Shown: positions 38,137 to 54,000, counted from the stretch's first letter. The stretch: 64,000 nucleotides of DNA from Ptychomitrium polyphyllum (GCA_973851085.1 OZ316776.1:4774001-4838000); one strand, 5' to 3'. Translations and numbers: made by a program. The notes: a model not told the origin generated them from the sequence alone.

Positions 38137-39168
38137 TTGATCCTCGAGCTTCAGGGAACCCTCTTGCTATATCGTTGTTGTAGCTTCATTCTGGTGCTAC
38201 ATTTGTGTGAGCATGCAAAACAAGCTCAGCAGGAACAACTTCTGGTTTGCACGGTTTTGTTGGCAATTGAGCAAGCCAGGTCTAGTACCGCGGTTCGTAG
38301 TCTCTGCACAAGAATGTGGTGAGAATTAAACGAAAGTATGAGCTCCGAGGACTGGTGGGAGGAATGCACTTGAGGGGAATCAGACTCGTGGTAAAGGTGA
38401 TACTTCCTCCTGAACCACGCGTGTACACCAGTGACCTGTCCTTTGTACTCCTCTCATTCCTTGCTCAGACTTCTTAAGTTTTAATGATTCTACTGAACTT
38501 GATCAAAGTACTCGCCTCGAAGGTGGTTGCAAGGACGCTTCTTTTCCTCTTTCAAGGAAGCAGGATGAAGATTGTAACTGAGAAATGGTGACAGTGACCA
38601 GAAATCAACATGTTTACTTAGGAGCAAGAAATGTATTTGCGCAAGATGATATTATCAACGAACTTTGGTTGCATGTTACAGGAGGACCTAATGATTTTGT
38701 TACCATCAATACAGCACAATGAAGATAGGTAACCGCAACAAAAGCATGAACCCGCTCACCTGGTCTCAAAATTTGCACTACGAGACTTCAATGATGGCGT
38801 CTTAGGAGACGAACGAGAAAGCTTTGAAAGACTGGCGAAGTGCTAAAATTACACATTTCTCACTTCTCTAAGACATTCTCTGGCAAATGGTAAGCTACAA
38901 CTGCTCCTTATAATGTGAAGTTTATTCAGACTCAGTAGCGTCGACAGTCGAAGCCATAACCGGAATGACATCGCCAGTTTTAGAACCGTTAACTAAAATG
39001 CTTGTCGAATTGCATCTTGTGACGCATTTTAGGAGGTATGGATTATGAACATTCGGAACCACATGCACCTGCAGATAGTCGACTTAAAATCTTGGATGTT
39101 ACGATTTACGTATCTTATGGAGTCGTGGCTCTGAATGCTAATCCACCGTCAGCTGTAAGAAACTCTGG

Positions 39169-40947
39169 TTAATACTCAAATGATCCGACCGTATACACAT
39201 CCTCTTGAACTTCGACGTCTACATGGGTAAGGCTAGAATCATCAGCATTACAATCGGTCGACCTGAGATCTTGGACGTCATGAACTACAGTCGTGTCACA
39301 TCTGGTGCTATTCACGGCACAATTGGATATTGGTTGCGTCGTGAGCAACTCATAAATAGAATCTTTTGTTGCTTGCGAGTTGAAGGCTTCTTGAGGGGTG
39401 AGGCTCTCTTGTTCGTTGCTTTTCCCTGTTCTCTGGATGCTTGTTTGGAAAACGACGATCTGAACGTCTGACCGTTGATGCATTTCAGGACCGTCGGAGT
39501 TGACAGTTTTGATCGGCTTCGTTGCATCTTGGCTTTTGGAGCATGTGTGCCTACATTCTTCTTGAGGTATGTTTACAACATGAAAATCTGCAGAGCTTGT
39601 TTGATCTACCTGCATACCTTCACGCACAGTTTTTGGTTGGGTTGTTTCAGTTTCAGTTTCATTCAGGAAAACTCCCGAGGGGCATGTGGATGTGAGAGTA
39701 TCTTCACTTATCATTGCAGGCACCGGTGGGGCAGGCAGCGGGAGACGGCGGTTGTTCGTCATCCAGGATGGTGGGTTACTGACAGTGACCACCTCCACTG
39801 TTACATCCGAAGCGGGAGGTTGTGATCTGCAATGCATTCGTATACTCTCGGCAACAAGTGATTCTCCAAATGATTCCGTGAGTTCTGACATGCTCATACG
39901 GCAGACTGGGCAAGTTGTTTGCTTCTCAAACCACGCACCTACACACAGAGTATGAAAGACGTGGCCGCAAAATGGAAGCTGTCGCAGAACTTCCCACTCC
40001 TCATACTCCACGAGGCATATTGGGCACCTGAGTGTACAGATTGAAGTACTAGGTCAGAAGGATCCGTAGCATGTCTTGCTTTCAAGCTACTGAATGGTAA
40101 TTAGATTCAGAGAAGAGACTCATTTAATTTGTTGCTCCAAAAATCACATGTAATACAATTACTTCCCTTACCATTTTAGCTATTTTCTTTGCAAGGTCGG
40201 AAGTTGATACCCTTGATTAATTTGTTATTAACTAATTAGACGACCAGTTCAACAAATCGATGTATTCCACACGACCAACAGCTCACAATATCAACGACTG
40301 TGCTTCCACCTGAAGGAGCACAGCTGAGTAGCTGACAAGCCATATTACTGCTCGAGGCTAAAAAGGACACAAACGGGAAGAAAAGCAAAGAGAAACAGAC
40401 GTCACCTTGACTTCGTGTCAAGAAGGTAACTATCCAGGACACAAATTTAATGTTGAGAAATAGACACCTTGAGATATATCTAATAATCACCAGCGACTTT
40501 TATCATACAAACAGTGCCATCTGTGGTTACCCTGTTTAATGTAAATATAACCTACACCCGACCTAAAACACAGTGAAAGTGTAAAGATTGACTGGGCGAA
40601 AAAAACACTTACTGCAGGTCTTCTGAAGCAGTGCACTTCAGCTCACATGCTTTTATTGTTGGGAATGTCTCCACGACGTTCTTCCCGATTCCGAAATCAA
40701 CCTATTCAAACAAAAAAACAAATGAATTAGTCGGAGCACTACGAAAAGCACTAATTCAACATTAAAGAGGGGAAGAACTTAATTCAAGGTGACAGAGAGT
40801 ACTCACGGGGAAACTGGCGACGTCTTGAACTGGAGTTGTTTGCGCAGACAGAAGGCGAGCTCGAAGCTGCCGGATTCGCCAGTAGTAGTAGAAGAGTGTA
40901 AAACACACTATCATGGTCAATCCAAAGGCGATGGGGGTTCCTATCAT
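39169..40947 (-). CDS. ATL-type RING-H2 E3 ubiquitin ligase, at least 3 exons
   Basis: Exons 40947-40807 (TM helix plus basic stretch), 40701-40613 (GIGKNVVETFP, GLD-like motif), 40027-39169 (CPICLVEYEEWEVLRQLPFCGHVFHTLCVGAWFEKQTTCPVCR plus disordered tail). An upstream exon is possible. Confidence 0.88.
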
Positions 40948-43900
40948 GGCTACTATTTCTTCCAGTTTAATCTCCCACTTTCAGGAATCAACACACTTCT
41001 ACAAATTGCCAACACGTGCTGTCTAAAGCTCAACACTTGCAGCGGACTGGCACTTCATTGTGCCCTGAAGAAAGACAAGTAGGCTGTGCACTTCAGATGA
41101 TGCACTATCCGCGAAGGAAGTCCGCTGCAGATGAGAATTTCGATCTTGTTTATATGTCACCAAGCGACATGCCTATAGTGGCAGCTCTTCTTTAATTTAC
41201 GAACGTAGGCAGAATTAAAATGCTACTCAAGACGCCATCCTTCAAGAATGTCCCTCGAGTGCAGCACACCAGTAATTTCTACCTCTCCCACCTCGACCCA
41301 ATGGAAATTGTAATGGGCCTCTCTGCTATCGCTGCACGCACAACCCACCTCTCTCGCAGAAACAGACAAGAGCAACAGAAACGAAAAAAACAAAGTCCAT
41401 ACCGTCCGCGAATAACCCTTCCTCAAATCAAAATCACCGGCTTGTCACTTCACAGCCCAATACTCACTAGCTCACACTTTAAAATAATTTAAGCTACCAC
41501 AAATGCAAATAATCTAAAACCTCCACAGTATAATCTCCGACTCTATCACCCGCTCTCTGTACCCCAAAGGTCCTAAAGACCAGCTGCATCCAAACTCCCA
41601 CCTTGTCCAAACAAAATCAACTCCAACGTCACTGCAACCGGGAGTATCACTCACAAGCGTATCCACAGCAAGATCCTGAGTCTAGCTTAAACCTCAAAGC
41701 TGCATGACTGCAGCTTCAAATGGCTCGTCAGCTGAGACTGAAGCTAGCAGGGCTGCAAAGGTAACAAACCAAAGCTCCACTCCAGTCACGGGGCTGCCTG
41801 CAGCAGCAAAGAGGGAAATGTGCTGCCTGCAGCTGCAAAGTTTTGTGAGCTGCTTGCTAGGCCAGAGGCGAAAACTCTTGCTACATGAGGAATGGCAGGA
41901 GCCGCCACCCTTGGAGCCTGAAGAAGGGGTCCGGGGGACCCAGCAAGGCAGGAGCTTCAGGACTAATCTAGTCCTTACCAGAGAGCTTACCAGTACTAAT
42001 GAGGACCTGGAGGATTTTTTAGTTACTTCACACAAGCGCTGTCAGAGCTCAGCCTTAGGCGAAGGATAAAGCCTAGCCAGGCAGGCGGAGAGTAACCTCA
42101 ACCTTAGGCTCTCCTGACCCTTGGTCCCTTTCTACCTTGATTTTCAGCTGAGCCCAATCCACTTGGAACATTTACCAGTAACCGACTGCTACAGAAGTGG
42201 CCACACTAGGCTGGTGAACATACATAAGTCTGAAGATCCTTCAATTAACTCACGTTGAGCCAGCAAGTCGGAGAGGCTTCAAAGCCTCTGCTGAACTGAC
42301 CGAACTTGCAGATGGCTCCCGTGTGAAGCGGCAAGACCAGTGTCTGTTAGTGCTGAGTAGGTGTGTGATTCTTAATGTATAGTAGTATATTTAATCGATT
42401 TGTCTTAGGGTGGTCTATCTTAAAGTTGCAGTGGTGCAACTCTGGTCCAAGTTGCAGGGAACCTGGTGTGTGTTTGTCAGGAAAAACAGCACAAGCACTA
42501 TAAGCGTTTTATTAGTATTGATCCATATAAAGACAATGGTTAAGCTCGTGAGTGTGAGTTGGGAGATGTTATAATGGCAAGGTGGTAATTTTTATGCAAG
42601 TGTTAGGTGTGAGGAAGAAATATTTCATCCTTTTATCACCATTTGTCTTCTGTAAGAAGGTAAGATACAATCTTTCTTTATGTAAATTGTCATATTGTGT
42701 CTTGCATTTTAAATTGACAACTCTGTCAAATTTAAAGTGGAGCGCTGGCGCATGGAACATGTTGTCAAGTCTTATCCTGCCAAAAGGCAAGGCAAGAGCT
42801 GGCATTCTGGCGTATTGGACATGAACATGGCCAACATGCCATACTTTCCAGTTCACAGATCCTGCCAGTCCAACAGCTCTCTTTTTCAGTCCGGATCCGT
42901 GATGAATTAACTAGTTGAAAATGGCAATGTGCATTTATATTACTCTTTCTTGGATTTTGCCTATTTACCTACTTTATATACATTATTTACTTCTTATAAG
43001 ATTCCGATATGGTAAATGTATAGCCTTGCTGATTTTGGACTATAAAACTAAAGTATGGATATTTATTTTCATGTTTCCTTATGTCCAAATGGATACAGTT
43101 GGTTTTGTGGTGAAATTATCTCATGACAGCCTAAAAAATTTGTTGTATAAAATTGAAGCATGGGAACATAGAACCATGTCTCATCTTCACCAAATAAATA
43201 TAGTTGGCCTTAAAAAGGGGTAGTTATGAGTTTAATCATTGAACATGACAATGTGGCAATTTGACAATGTAGAAGGGAAGCATAGAAAGCTATATCATGC
43301 CTTATCTCTATCAAATAAACATGGTTAGCTTTTTGTTGGAGATTAAACATGACAATATGACACTTTCATTATCATGATTGATCTTTATTATAATTGGCTT
43401 TTTATGGTACGGCAACATGGTCATATGCTTCAACTTCACCAATCTACCTACAAATTTTATATCTAATCAAATACTCCAATCAATAATACTCAAATATTCT
43501 AGTTAAATTTCAGAAGTTATAAGAAGAAATACTTGAACTATCAACATAGAACAATATAGAACTCTACTGAAAATGACGAGGTACTGACCAGCACAAGTTA
43601 AGAGGATTACTACACAAGAAAATATTATTGAAACTAAATGTTTTCCATGTAGGAGAAATAGTAAAATGCCAGGGAGAAGAGGTTGTGAAGCGTCCTCTAC
43701 ATGTCCTGTGGCATGGCCAAAGTTGTGCTAAACCTGCCCTGGATTACCTTACGCCTGCACCCACTTAGTTACAAGTGATGAATTCTGTGCAATCCGCACA
43801 GAGCTGATGTTGCAGGTCCAGGGCTCCAGGCTCTGGTGGTCCTCTGAGCTCATGAGCCTAATCACATCAAGTCCCTCCCTGACACACTTGTAACATACCA

Positions 43901-46849
43901 CTCAATAGTAAGTGCAGTATACATCAATCACAAAGTTTGCATGGTGACATGCGTACTGTACGATATGTGTACATTCTACACCAAGCCAGCCACCATTCTC
44001 CTGAGAGGCACGGTTCTAGTATGGAATTCGAAAGTGGAGCTAATTGAAAGTATCCTTGTCCAACACGGAAACCCATTTCAAGCACTGTATGTAGAGGGAT
44101 GGCACCTTCCAAGCTCCATTGAAGATGGAATTGGTTGAATTGGTCTTGTGTGGACCTGGAACATATAATGTTATTGTGGCAGTAAGGGCTGTAGACGGTA
44201 GAAAGGTGATTCATTACTCAGATGTACACCTCAGATCTGCACTAACATTCTTTAGCAGGAGAACATCACTGCTAAAGATCATATTATGAAGAGCACCAAA
44301 ATGGAATAAAGGGGGTTTAGCCTCCTTTTGTTTGAGGTAATTAATTGCCTATATAGAAAAATGTCACCTCAATAATAGGTCAATGCTTCATGTCCTAAAC
44401 CACCAAAAAGTGATTGTCCAAGGTGGTTTTTGTTTTTTATTCCAAGAAAATGACAATATTAGCTCGTTCTTACTTCCTAAGAGATTCTATGAATTTACAT
44501 CCAAATGGTAAAAAAAATTTGCAGTTACACTCTTAAAAAAAATTCATCTTAAAAACTCACATAAATCAAATTTTAAAGGTAAACATCACGTTTGGCACAT
44601 TTTTAAATTCTAGAAAGTTAGAAATTTTGATTCCATAATGTGGTGATTAAACATAAAGGAGAAAGCTAAAGTAAATTATGATTTAATATAATTATTTAAA
44701 AAGCCATTCCAAAGAAGAAAGTGTTATAAAACTCATGGCAAAACTTCTTTAACAAAAATTAAGCAAGATCTAGCCTATGTCAAGTTACAAAACAATCTAA
44801 AAACAAAACCTTATTTTTCACTATATTCTTTATAAATCCTATACCTTCTATTAAAGATTCAAGTTGTTGGCCTACAAGAAAACAATAGATTGATTATCTA
44901 TAATAAGATAATATTTTCTATTAGATATAAAGCAAAAAAAAAGTTTAAAAATTAATGAAGAAATCAAGGTTTTATTACATATTTATACCACAATCTCCAA
45001 ACAAATCTTATATAGGTTTTATACTTATAAGACTTGATTTGGCAAAAACATGCCAAGACAAAGGGATTTTTTCCACCAAACACTACTTCAAGCCCTAATT
45101 GGCATTAGAATAGTAAAGACCAATTAATGTGAAGTTCAAACAAACTGGATGAAAAATCCATAAATTAAACTATCTTTAATTCATTTAATGTGGCTTGGCA
45201 CTTAATGTTGCATCACATAACAATGTAGAATTGACAACCTTCTAAGTATTATATTGAATTAGAATTAAATTATTTTAGGATATGAAGTATATAGAATAAT
45301 ATTTGTAAATGGCCTTCATTTCTAATTTGTCAACATATTGAAGATTAGAAATGATTGCTTTATAATAATTCAAAATAGGTTAAATTTTTGAGGAATTTTA
45401 TTTGATTTATTTATATTAAAGTCATGACATTCTTATTGTTTTAGCAAATTTTTGAACCTAGGGTGCTAAACTTTGTAGGGAATATTAACATATATAAGGG
45501 GCTTAGATGGAAGATGGAAAGGAGCTTCTTGAATCAAGCAATGTTCCATGAATTCAACACTAGCAACTTTAATTCTTGATTGTATCAAAAAAATTCAAAA
45601 AACATTGCTTGCTTTTTTTGGCTTAGACGAACATCTTCCTTCATGTCTTAATACTCTCTCTAGCAATAGACATTCTTGTGTCTTGTCCAACATTTTAAAA
45701 ATGTAATTATCAAATAATGTGATGTTCAATTAAAGAAGTCCATATTGAATGTATTTAAAATTTTAACCAATATAAAATTCTAAATTATAGTGTCATTCAT
45801 AACTTATAAGAATGTGTTTTTTAGCAATATGTTTAATAGTGTGGATTTATAATTTTTCAAATATTATGTATTTTTCAATTGAAGTGGTCTATGTTAATAA
45901 AAAAAAATTCAAATGTTTTGGATTGTTCATAACAACCTCGCCCATAGTATGTAGGATAAAGGATGTAGTATGCAATTTTAATCATTACTTATAGAATTTT
46001 TTTTGGATTAAGAGAATCAAGAGAATATAAAACTAAAGAAAACAATGGCAAGAAAAACATCATAACATTTTCTTGATGTCCCTCCTAAACACCAACTTTT
46101 AAAAGAATATTTTTGTCATCAAAAGATACAATTCCATTATTAAAACCAATCTCTATCAAATTGTCGGAATTTGTATACCAAATCACTCAATTAGAATTAT
46201 GACTTCATGCATTCATAGCCACATCTCCACATAACTGCTGATTTCCTTCTTTTGTAAGGTGGGAGCAAGTTGCTTTAACTGCAGAAGAATGTTGCTAAGG
46301 GGTGAACATTCTCAGTTTTTATCTAAATGGTTCACCCAATGGCTCAGGCAGAACTTGGTGATGACTCCACATAGTCTATGAGGTGAGTTAAATTACTAAA
46401 TCACAGCAATTGAAAAACAGAGGCCGTTTTGTTAGTAAATGGCAGCCCATTAGTGTACATGTAATTCCCAAGCCTCTGAGGTAAATGATACAACAAAGGC
46501 CAGGCGAATGCCCAGTGAGAGTTTCATACTTGCTGTATCATTCAGTGTTAGATGATAGTTTGCTTCAGCCTGGTGTGTGAATCAAATATAAGATACTGGA
46601 AATGTTTTTATGGGAATAATTGCCCCCTTCTCTCCTAGGAAATTAAAATCCAGTAAAATTCAAAAGAAAAAAGAAAAAGAAAAGATCGCAGAACTTTCAT
46701 TGAAAAAACCTGTACTGAGTTAGTATAACTCAGTGCAGCATTTTAGTGCCTCTCCACATCTGTGTTACGCCTTTCACATGAGAAGCACCAATAGAAAGCA
46801 GTACACTAAAACTGATGTTTATGGTTCTCAACACTGCCCTGATTTGTTC

Positions 46850-49310
46850 CAGTACTAGTGCTGGTGCCATTACAATTCAAGTGTGTACCTTTTGAGTACT
46901 GTAGACACCTCCTTAACTGATTCCACTATGTCATAGCTGTCCCCCACTTTGAAATCACATTATTAACTGAGCAGAGTTCCTCATTTTCCTCATTTCATTA
47001 TCTTTGAGGGCTGTTTAATTGTAAAACTTGCATCAGATACCTGTAAAAGGAAATTATTAATTACAAGAGGCCAAATTGCCACGAGATTACTGAAACCTTC
47101 GTCAGATATGCACAGTACAAGTTAGGCAGAGATTTCTGTCATTTGAAAATCCATATATTATTAACCTATATAGGTAGAAGATTGTTACTAAAAAAAATAG
47201 TAGCATTTACTATACAACAAATTTAACCTGCAAGATGCTCTTGGAACTAGTTTCCTTTTAAGGAATGCCAATCTGCAGACTACTGTTCTGGAGTCTGATT
47301 GAAGCATACTGAGAATCACCTTCTGGTACAGCTCTCTGAGTCAACTCTCGTGTAGTCGCGCAAGATCTACCTCCAAACTTCAAAGACTGCAATTTTGAAT
47401 GGCAGAGTGAACATATGAATTCTATTAACGTCCACGATTGAGTACAGTTCAGAAGTTATTTGATTAAGAGAAGTTGTTTGATAGAGCAATGCGATTTCTA
47501 CAACGACCTTCTGTTAATCCCTTATGAAGCTGCTCACTATTCTCTTCTTGATTAGATTGGTTTGCATCTTCGTGGACGTTAATATCATTCATCTATTCAT
47601 TCTTCCATGAATTCTCTAGTTGCGCCACCCCAGACTCCAGAGAGCAACACTAAAAAAAATGGTAATCTGCTGAGATTCTGCAGAAACACCAGTGGATTGG
47701 TCAACAAACTAATCTCAGCAAATTCAAGGTCAATTATCTGTGTTTAGCCTGATCATAACTGTCCAGGTGTTTCGTACTCTTCGCCAGAGCCTTACTTATT
47801 GTGGCAGAAAAGCAGGATGCTCACAGAGGCAGTACCTATCCACTAATAAGTGAACATCCAAACTTCAGTTCTGATTCTAAAAGGAGGAATCAAATGAAGA
47901 AGAGAATGCTCCTAAGTACTGTATGTAGAAAACTAAGTGTAGGTGTTGAAACGTGTCGAATAACATCTAAACCATCCGTTGTGAAGGTCTGTGATAATGA
48001 TTCACACATTCCAAAGCTGTCAATAGATCATCCACAGATCCTGCATTTGATACATCATAAGTTAACTCTGCGTTTCCTAGGTTTCAACAACTCAATTACT
48101 GGGAAAAGTTACCTGAAAGTTTCAGTGTAACAGCTACCGAGTTTGCACGTCAGTCTACCGGTATCAGTTCATAAATTTACAAGCTGCAAGTGGATATTCT
48201 CGAACAGTCCTAGAATATATCAGATAAAGAAGAATGTGCAGTCTGTGATCAACTAAAGACATAATGAGAACAAACAGCACAGAAATCCAACGATACTCTG
48301 AAACCACGCATGACTAATGATCTGCTCCAACGCCAGAAAACTACAAAAACCCAGCATGAAGATTTCTTAGCAATACTTAAATGACGTTGTAGACAGCGTA
48401 GTACTGTCTCACCAATCCGTATACTAACCGTATGCTCCAATCGCTACCGTCGAATGTACACATAAGAAAAATGTCAAACGGCGAAAGCCGTGCAGATTAT
48501 GTACAGTTGAACAATTCGCTTATTTCTTGTCAGAAGCTTACGGCTGAGATCACGCAGTCTGCAAAATAATATTCCAAATTACAAGTGCTCTTGGGCAAAT
48601 TGTAGGCAACAGGTGGTTAGCAGTTTAGCTTCTGCGCCATTCTTCGCAGGCTGAATATGAGAGTCAACAACTGCTACCATCGTCTGTAAGTCCGATTCTC
48701 CTACGGATTGCATTGTACGTACCATTCTGAAGACAGCATTTTGTACCTGTTGCCATTCTCACACTGGACTTAGATTCAATATCAACACATTTGCCCTTCC
48801 GACTGCACATTCGATACAATATAAGTGTGTAGTAGAAGGGACAAATGAGCAGATGCTGTTACAGTATTAATGTAACATCTGCACATTTGCCCCTTCGTCT
48901 AAAGTTTTGCAACACAGTTCCACGGAGCCTAAATATACTATACGAAACACACATCATCAACAAAGTCACAGCATGTTTGCTCTTGATATTAGTGAACATT
49001 AGGGTATGCATCCAAGAGAACACAAAGGAGAGGAATGGCGAGAGAGATGTGGGAAGCCAGGGAAGAGGCAGTGCATGAGGACAACACACTCAGGGTACCT
49101 CTAAGTATACCATTGTCATGCGCTGCCCCACTCTGGCTTTCCTCCCTCTCCACCACTTGCCTCAAAGAAAAACAGTGGAAACAACGTACCGGAAGAGGCC
49201 TGCAGAGTAAAACCAGAATGCATTGTCTGCGGCTGCTGTCCACCAACACGCAGAGTCCACGGGTCAGGCATCGCGACGGATCTCCCACACATTCCGGTGT
49301 CGTAGTGCAT
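46850..49310 (-). other. Possible spliced non-coding or pseudogenised transcription unit
   Basis: Exon-like blocks bounded by good splice consensus (e.g. CCG|GTACGT near 49190, TTTCAG|GTAAC near 48112, TTGCAG and CAG|GTTA around 47390-47228, TTTTACAG and AAG|GTAC around 47040-46888), but no consistent stop-free frame. Confidence 0.25.
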
Positions 49311-51051
49311 ACGTTTTGTTGGCGCAATGCGATCGGGTCAATAATCTCTAGAAGACTGGTGACAATGTTAACGAAATGCACTAGAGACCAGCAGCGATGC
49401 CTGTCCTGTGAACGCTGCGTGAATTAAACCCACGAACCACCGTCTGTCCTATTGCATTGGAAAATTCTTGTATTCGCTCATCCGATTGGCATTCCGAGTC
49501 CGCGCTGCTCACGCGCGTGCCAGTCAGTTGTAACGAAATTTGATGCTTGACTTTTCAGCGATTTCAACCCTGTAATCTCGTACTTACCTCCATCGTGACT
49601 TGCGTAGCTAGTGTCCATTTTTTTCGAGATCGCAGTTACCAAGATGCCAATGCAAAATCGATGGGCGTCTCTCAGAATGGATTCCTCACCTCCCCTCTGC
49701 CAGCCATAGCTACCACACAGCGAGCTTTACTCCGCGATCTCGAAAAAAATGGACACTAGCTCAGACGGGGTTCTCAACTCTGGAGAAAATGTTACACTGT
49801 AGATTGTAATACACAGCTAAAAAAGCAATCTTAGAAGGAAATCCAATACAAAAACTTGTGAAAATTTTCTGATGAAAATCCTTCCAGCCTCCACATTGCA
49901 AACCAGTAAGCCGTGGCGGCACAGAACTACGAAATCGAGCAACAAAATTAAAGACCGGGAAAAGAGAAAATCGATCACGTGGCCCCTCTACTAAGCAAGA
50001 AAAGACCCCCTTGTTCAATGAGAATGAATTGGAACCTGCATAACAAGATACTTGGAGAGGTGCAAACCTATGGACTTAAGTAGCGCCACTAGCAAAGCTC
50101 AATGATCGAGTTGCACTACGACCAGTACAAGGTAGTACTAAGTTACGACCAAGATTCAAACCATTTGGTACTACAAGCCTTGCCTCTGGTAGTAGAACAG
50201 AGCACCTTGCCTTTCCCAACTCAGTTCTCGTTGAATGTGCAGTACAACAAGGAGCTCCTTTAACTATATGTCGTCAGTTCCCAGTAATAATCACAAGCAG
50301 GCCCCAGGAGCCGGGCTTTGCATCCATCGGTGCCACACGAATTGGCATTTCAACAGGGAAGCGTGTCGAGGTGGGGTGTACTAGCAGCAACGGTGGTAGT
50401 AGAACAGTAGTACAGCCCAGAAGTACAACATCGCTCGCGCGAGAGTCGATTGGCCATGCAGTGGCGCACAAGAGATCTGCAGCAGTTGGGGAAAATCACT
50501 CATAGTCTACGAGCTCTTGGTGGAGTGTACTAAAGGCTTGACATTCGTATTCTCCTGTACTACCATATTCTCGGAAACATGAAGGATATTCGCTTTACCG
50601 ACCAACGATCGCTTCGCGTCCCTACTCGTCCTCGCTCAGGACGTTTCTCGTCCATTCTTCTCCAGCAAGGCTACTGAAGTCGACAAGGATTTGAGATTCC
50701 CATGCTGCAGGAATTTCGTCAGCATAGCAAAAGCCTCCACTAGATTCAGGGATTTCATTTTCTCCGCAACGGGGAATGTCTGCGTGACTTCGAAGTTTGA
50801 GTCACGTTCTTCAAACTGGTTGGTTCTCGGTGACTGAATCGTGATCGACAACGAGAAACATGTTCCGTTAAGAAAGAAAATAAGAGTTTAGGTGCTCAAA
50901 ATTGGGATACGCTGGAAGGAACAATGTTGGATGTCGTGATCGAATTGATATTAGTAATCATCAAATTTCAGTGTGTGACGTACGGTAACTTAGTCCTAGC
51001 ATGATACATTTGTGGTCCCTACATTCTTATAACTCCAATGGAGAATTGTAG

Positions 51052-54000
51052 TTACGAATCAACGTCCCTCGTTGGTTCGCTGCTCTCTTCTGATTTGGCA
51101 AACTTCTCGTCCCACTGCTCCATTTCTGCTCGGCTAATGTCCTCCGCTGTCGTCATTTCTTCTCTATCCTCAATCGGTTTCGGAACCTTGAAGAAAAGAA
51201 CCAAATTCAATGAGATGAGGAAAAAGATACACATAGGTGCATTCTGGAGCAAGCTTGTGCTCAATTTACCAACAAAACTGATACTGAAACATGATACCCA
51301 TATGCTGACCATCTTGGGATGAAAGTTGACTGCGAATACAAAATTTTACAAGCAAATGACAACAAGCATTCAGAAAGGCAGTGGATAAGCCACTAACAGG
51401 TCTTTCAGCCAGTTGTTGCAAACGCAGGAGTAGGGTGTCAGCACGCTCCTTCATCTGCTTCACTTGACTGGCTGTAAAAAGTGTTTTAGAAATATTTAGG
51501 TCTTCACCGCCTTCGCTGCTTGCCGATATATCGAGCTGCCAAAATCTTATCCTGTTTTAGTCGCTACTAATCAAGTCCGACTATCCAGTTTCTTTTTGGG
51601 AAAAAAAGAAGCTTCAGAAGGAATTTCACCAAAGCCAAGAATAAGACACGGAACATAAAACTGTAGCCAATGCTAGCTTGAACACTAAAATAAGTGATAA
51701 AAAAGAGTCGAATACATGTGTTAAACAAGTCTTCCATGTTTCGAAGTAAGAGGCACACGGATGTTTACCTACGTACCCACCAAGTATTAGCAAGAAATCC
51801 TAATGCAAAAATGCTTGTAGCGACAGTCTCTCGATAAACCATGACATAATGAATTCACATCAAAGCATTTTGATATTCTCATCATATAGCAGAGAATCAT
51901 CGTAAGACCACGTCCTAACGGAGTAGGCAGTAATAACTGAAAGACCGGGTTTCAGCTGCAACAAGCACAACATCAATAATGAAAAAAAGAAAAAGAACTC
52001 AAATTCAAAACTTGAACGAAGGTGACTAAAATAAGCTGTCCCTGCCAACACAGCAACCTGGGAAAAAAGGACCAGCGATCATTTGCTTCCCTGCAGATTT
52101 CATGAGTAAATCATACAGGAATTTCTAGCGATCAGAACTAGCTACATCATAAGCACATTGCAATGTGGTATTTCAACCCTGAGAAAGTACCGAGTGACGA
52201 GAGAATGTAGAATAGAGAGGTGCTTGAAGAAAACACAAAAGTACATCGCCCCTTATCTATCTTTAGTTCTCGATTATCATCCTCCTAGAGCGTATGGTCT
52301 GCTCTTTGCTGAAAGGAACACCTAGATAATACTCTGGAACTGCAGTGACCACACACTCTGGAGATGTAGCTGTTGATAACACCACCAAATTAGCCGAGGC
52401 ACTTACTGAAATACGAAAAACTGCACAGGGCTTATGGAGTCCTGTAACTTCATGTTGGTTCGGCCACGAAACGACCTTCATCTAGGATCACGTTGCTGCA
52501 TAATAATCTGTACCCAACTTGGCGCAGTTGGTAAAAGTAATCTTTGCTAAGTCCTTAAATCAGCACTAAAGCATCAGAAGCCATTATCAGTACAGGATTA
52601 TACAACTGTAGATGCTGCGACTTGGGGATTAGTTGCAAAGGTCTTAGTAAATGAAAATCAAGAATCGCGTTCTGTGGACTCGTATACTATCCTTCACAGC
52701 CTACTTTTGAACACTGCAAAAAGGTACCCTCAGCATAATTCCTCACAGTGATAGTGTTAAATAGACCACTTTGTGTCGATGTCAGCTTATTCTACCCGAA
52801 GCTTTAGCAAGTTATTTGAGGAGATGTCTTTAAGGTAAAAGTAAACGTATGTACCTGAACATGGAGTATGCAGGCGAGAACGCTGGCAATAGGAAGCCAG
52901 CTATCTTCCGGTGACAGGGAGAGCCCAGATCTGCAAAACAGATTAGATAAACCTCTTCAAGTTTAGAAAACCACAGAATGAACATCATACATCTTTGTCT
53001 CAATCAGTAACTCAAACTTCAAAAGCTAACAACCAATCTGACACTGAAAACAGTGACCTGAAGACAGTGCATGTGGACATCGTCATCTCCTCTTCTGATC
53101 TCATTATGACACGGGCAAGAAATTTTACAACTATGCACAACAGAGAAATTCAAAAAATATCAAGAAAGCATTATATCCTTCTGTTTCAAAGTCTGTTCGA
53201 TTGAGTTATGAGGTCTATTTCTTATTCTGCAAAATATACCTACTACCATTTAGTTCAAAGACAGGAAGACTGTTCCATCACCATCCAATTAAACTATCTC
53301 AAGTAGAGTACCTGCTACCAAGCACAGCCCAACTTCTTGCTGAACTAAGAAAACAAAAGCCGAAGAGGGGGAAACAAAATACCTCAGATAAGGAGCAATA
53401 TATACGATAGCATATATGAGATAACGCTGTTTTCTAGTATCTAGCCATGCGAACACCCACACCTGGAAAGTACAAGATACCTCAGAATAATGACAATCCG
53501 CCCTCAAAGACACCAGTTGCATTCCACCCAGAATTACCTCCTCTTGAAAAAACCCAGAACCGAAAGAATAAAGCCGGCCTAACTGGGTACGACAATCAAC
53601 CAATCTTGAGGTATAAGGAGTCGAGTAAGCACCAGCCAGTTGAAAAGAGGAATGAAGCTAATTATGCCCATTGCTGCATATCGAACGTCATCTCCTCCCA
53701 GTGGAGAAACGCTTTCGTTTCCCTCCTCGCTTGGAGTGTCGGCAGGGAGAACAAGCGTGCTCAACACTGACGCTGCGATAGCTATAGCAAAGGGCGCATC
53801 ATCTTCGAGACCTGCTCTGCACATCCCCGTCCCTCTATACCGAATGTTCTGTTGAAAGAAAGAAGATGTTGTCAACTAAATCATTCACGCATTCGCGTGT
53901 CCAGCAATTCTTCTCTCAAATTCTTCCAGTATCGAAATTCGTATTTGGTGGGATGTTTCTTTTCATCCCACCATATAAAATTCTGAAACCAAAGCTTACC

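Noticed and set aside
41690..44220. GC-richer blocks with ORFs 41704-42069, 41694-42035 and 43941-44138
   Set aside because: No recognisable motif or consistent spliced frame; may be pseudogene debris, but no call can be supported.
46711..46737. 12-bp stem hairpin (also a 10-bp stem near 53947-53971)
   Set aside because: Too short for a miRNA precursor, no Helitron CTRR end nearby, and compatible with chance.
50636..50851. 71-aa ORF as an additional terminal exon
   Set aside because: The preceding exon already has an in-frame TAA at 51052 after the WDEKF motif; likely 3' UTR.
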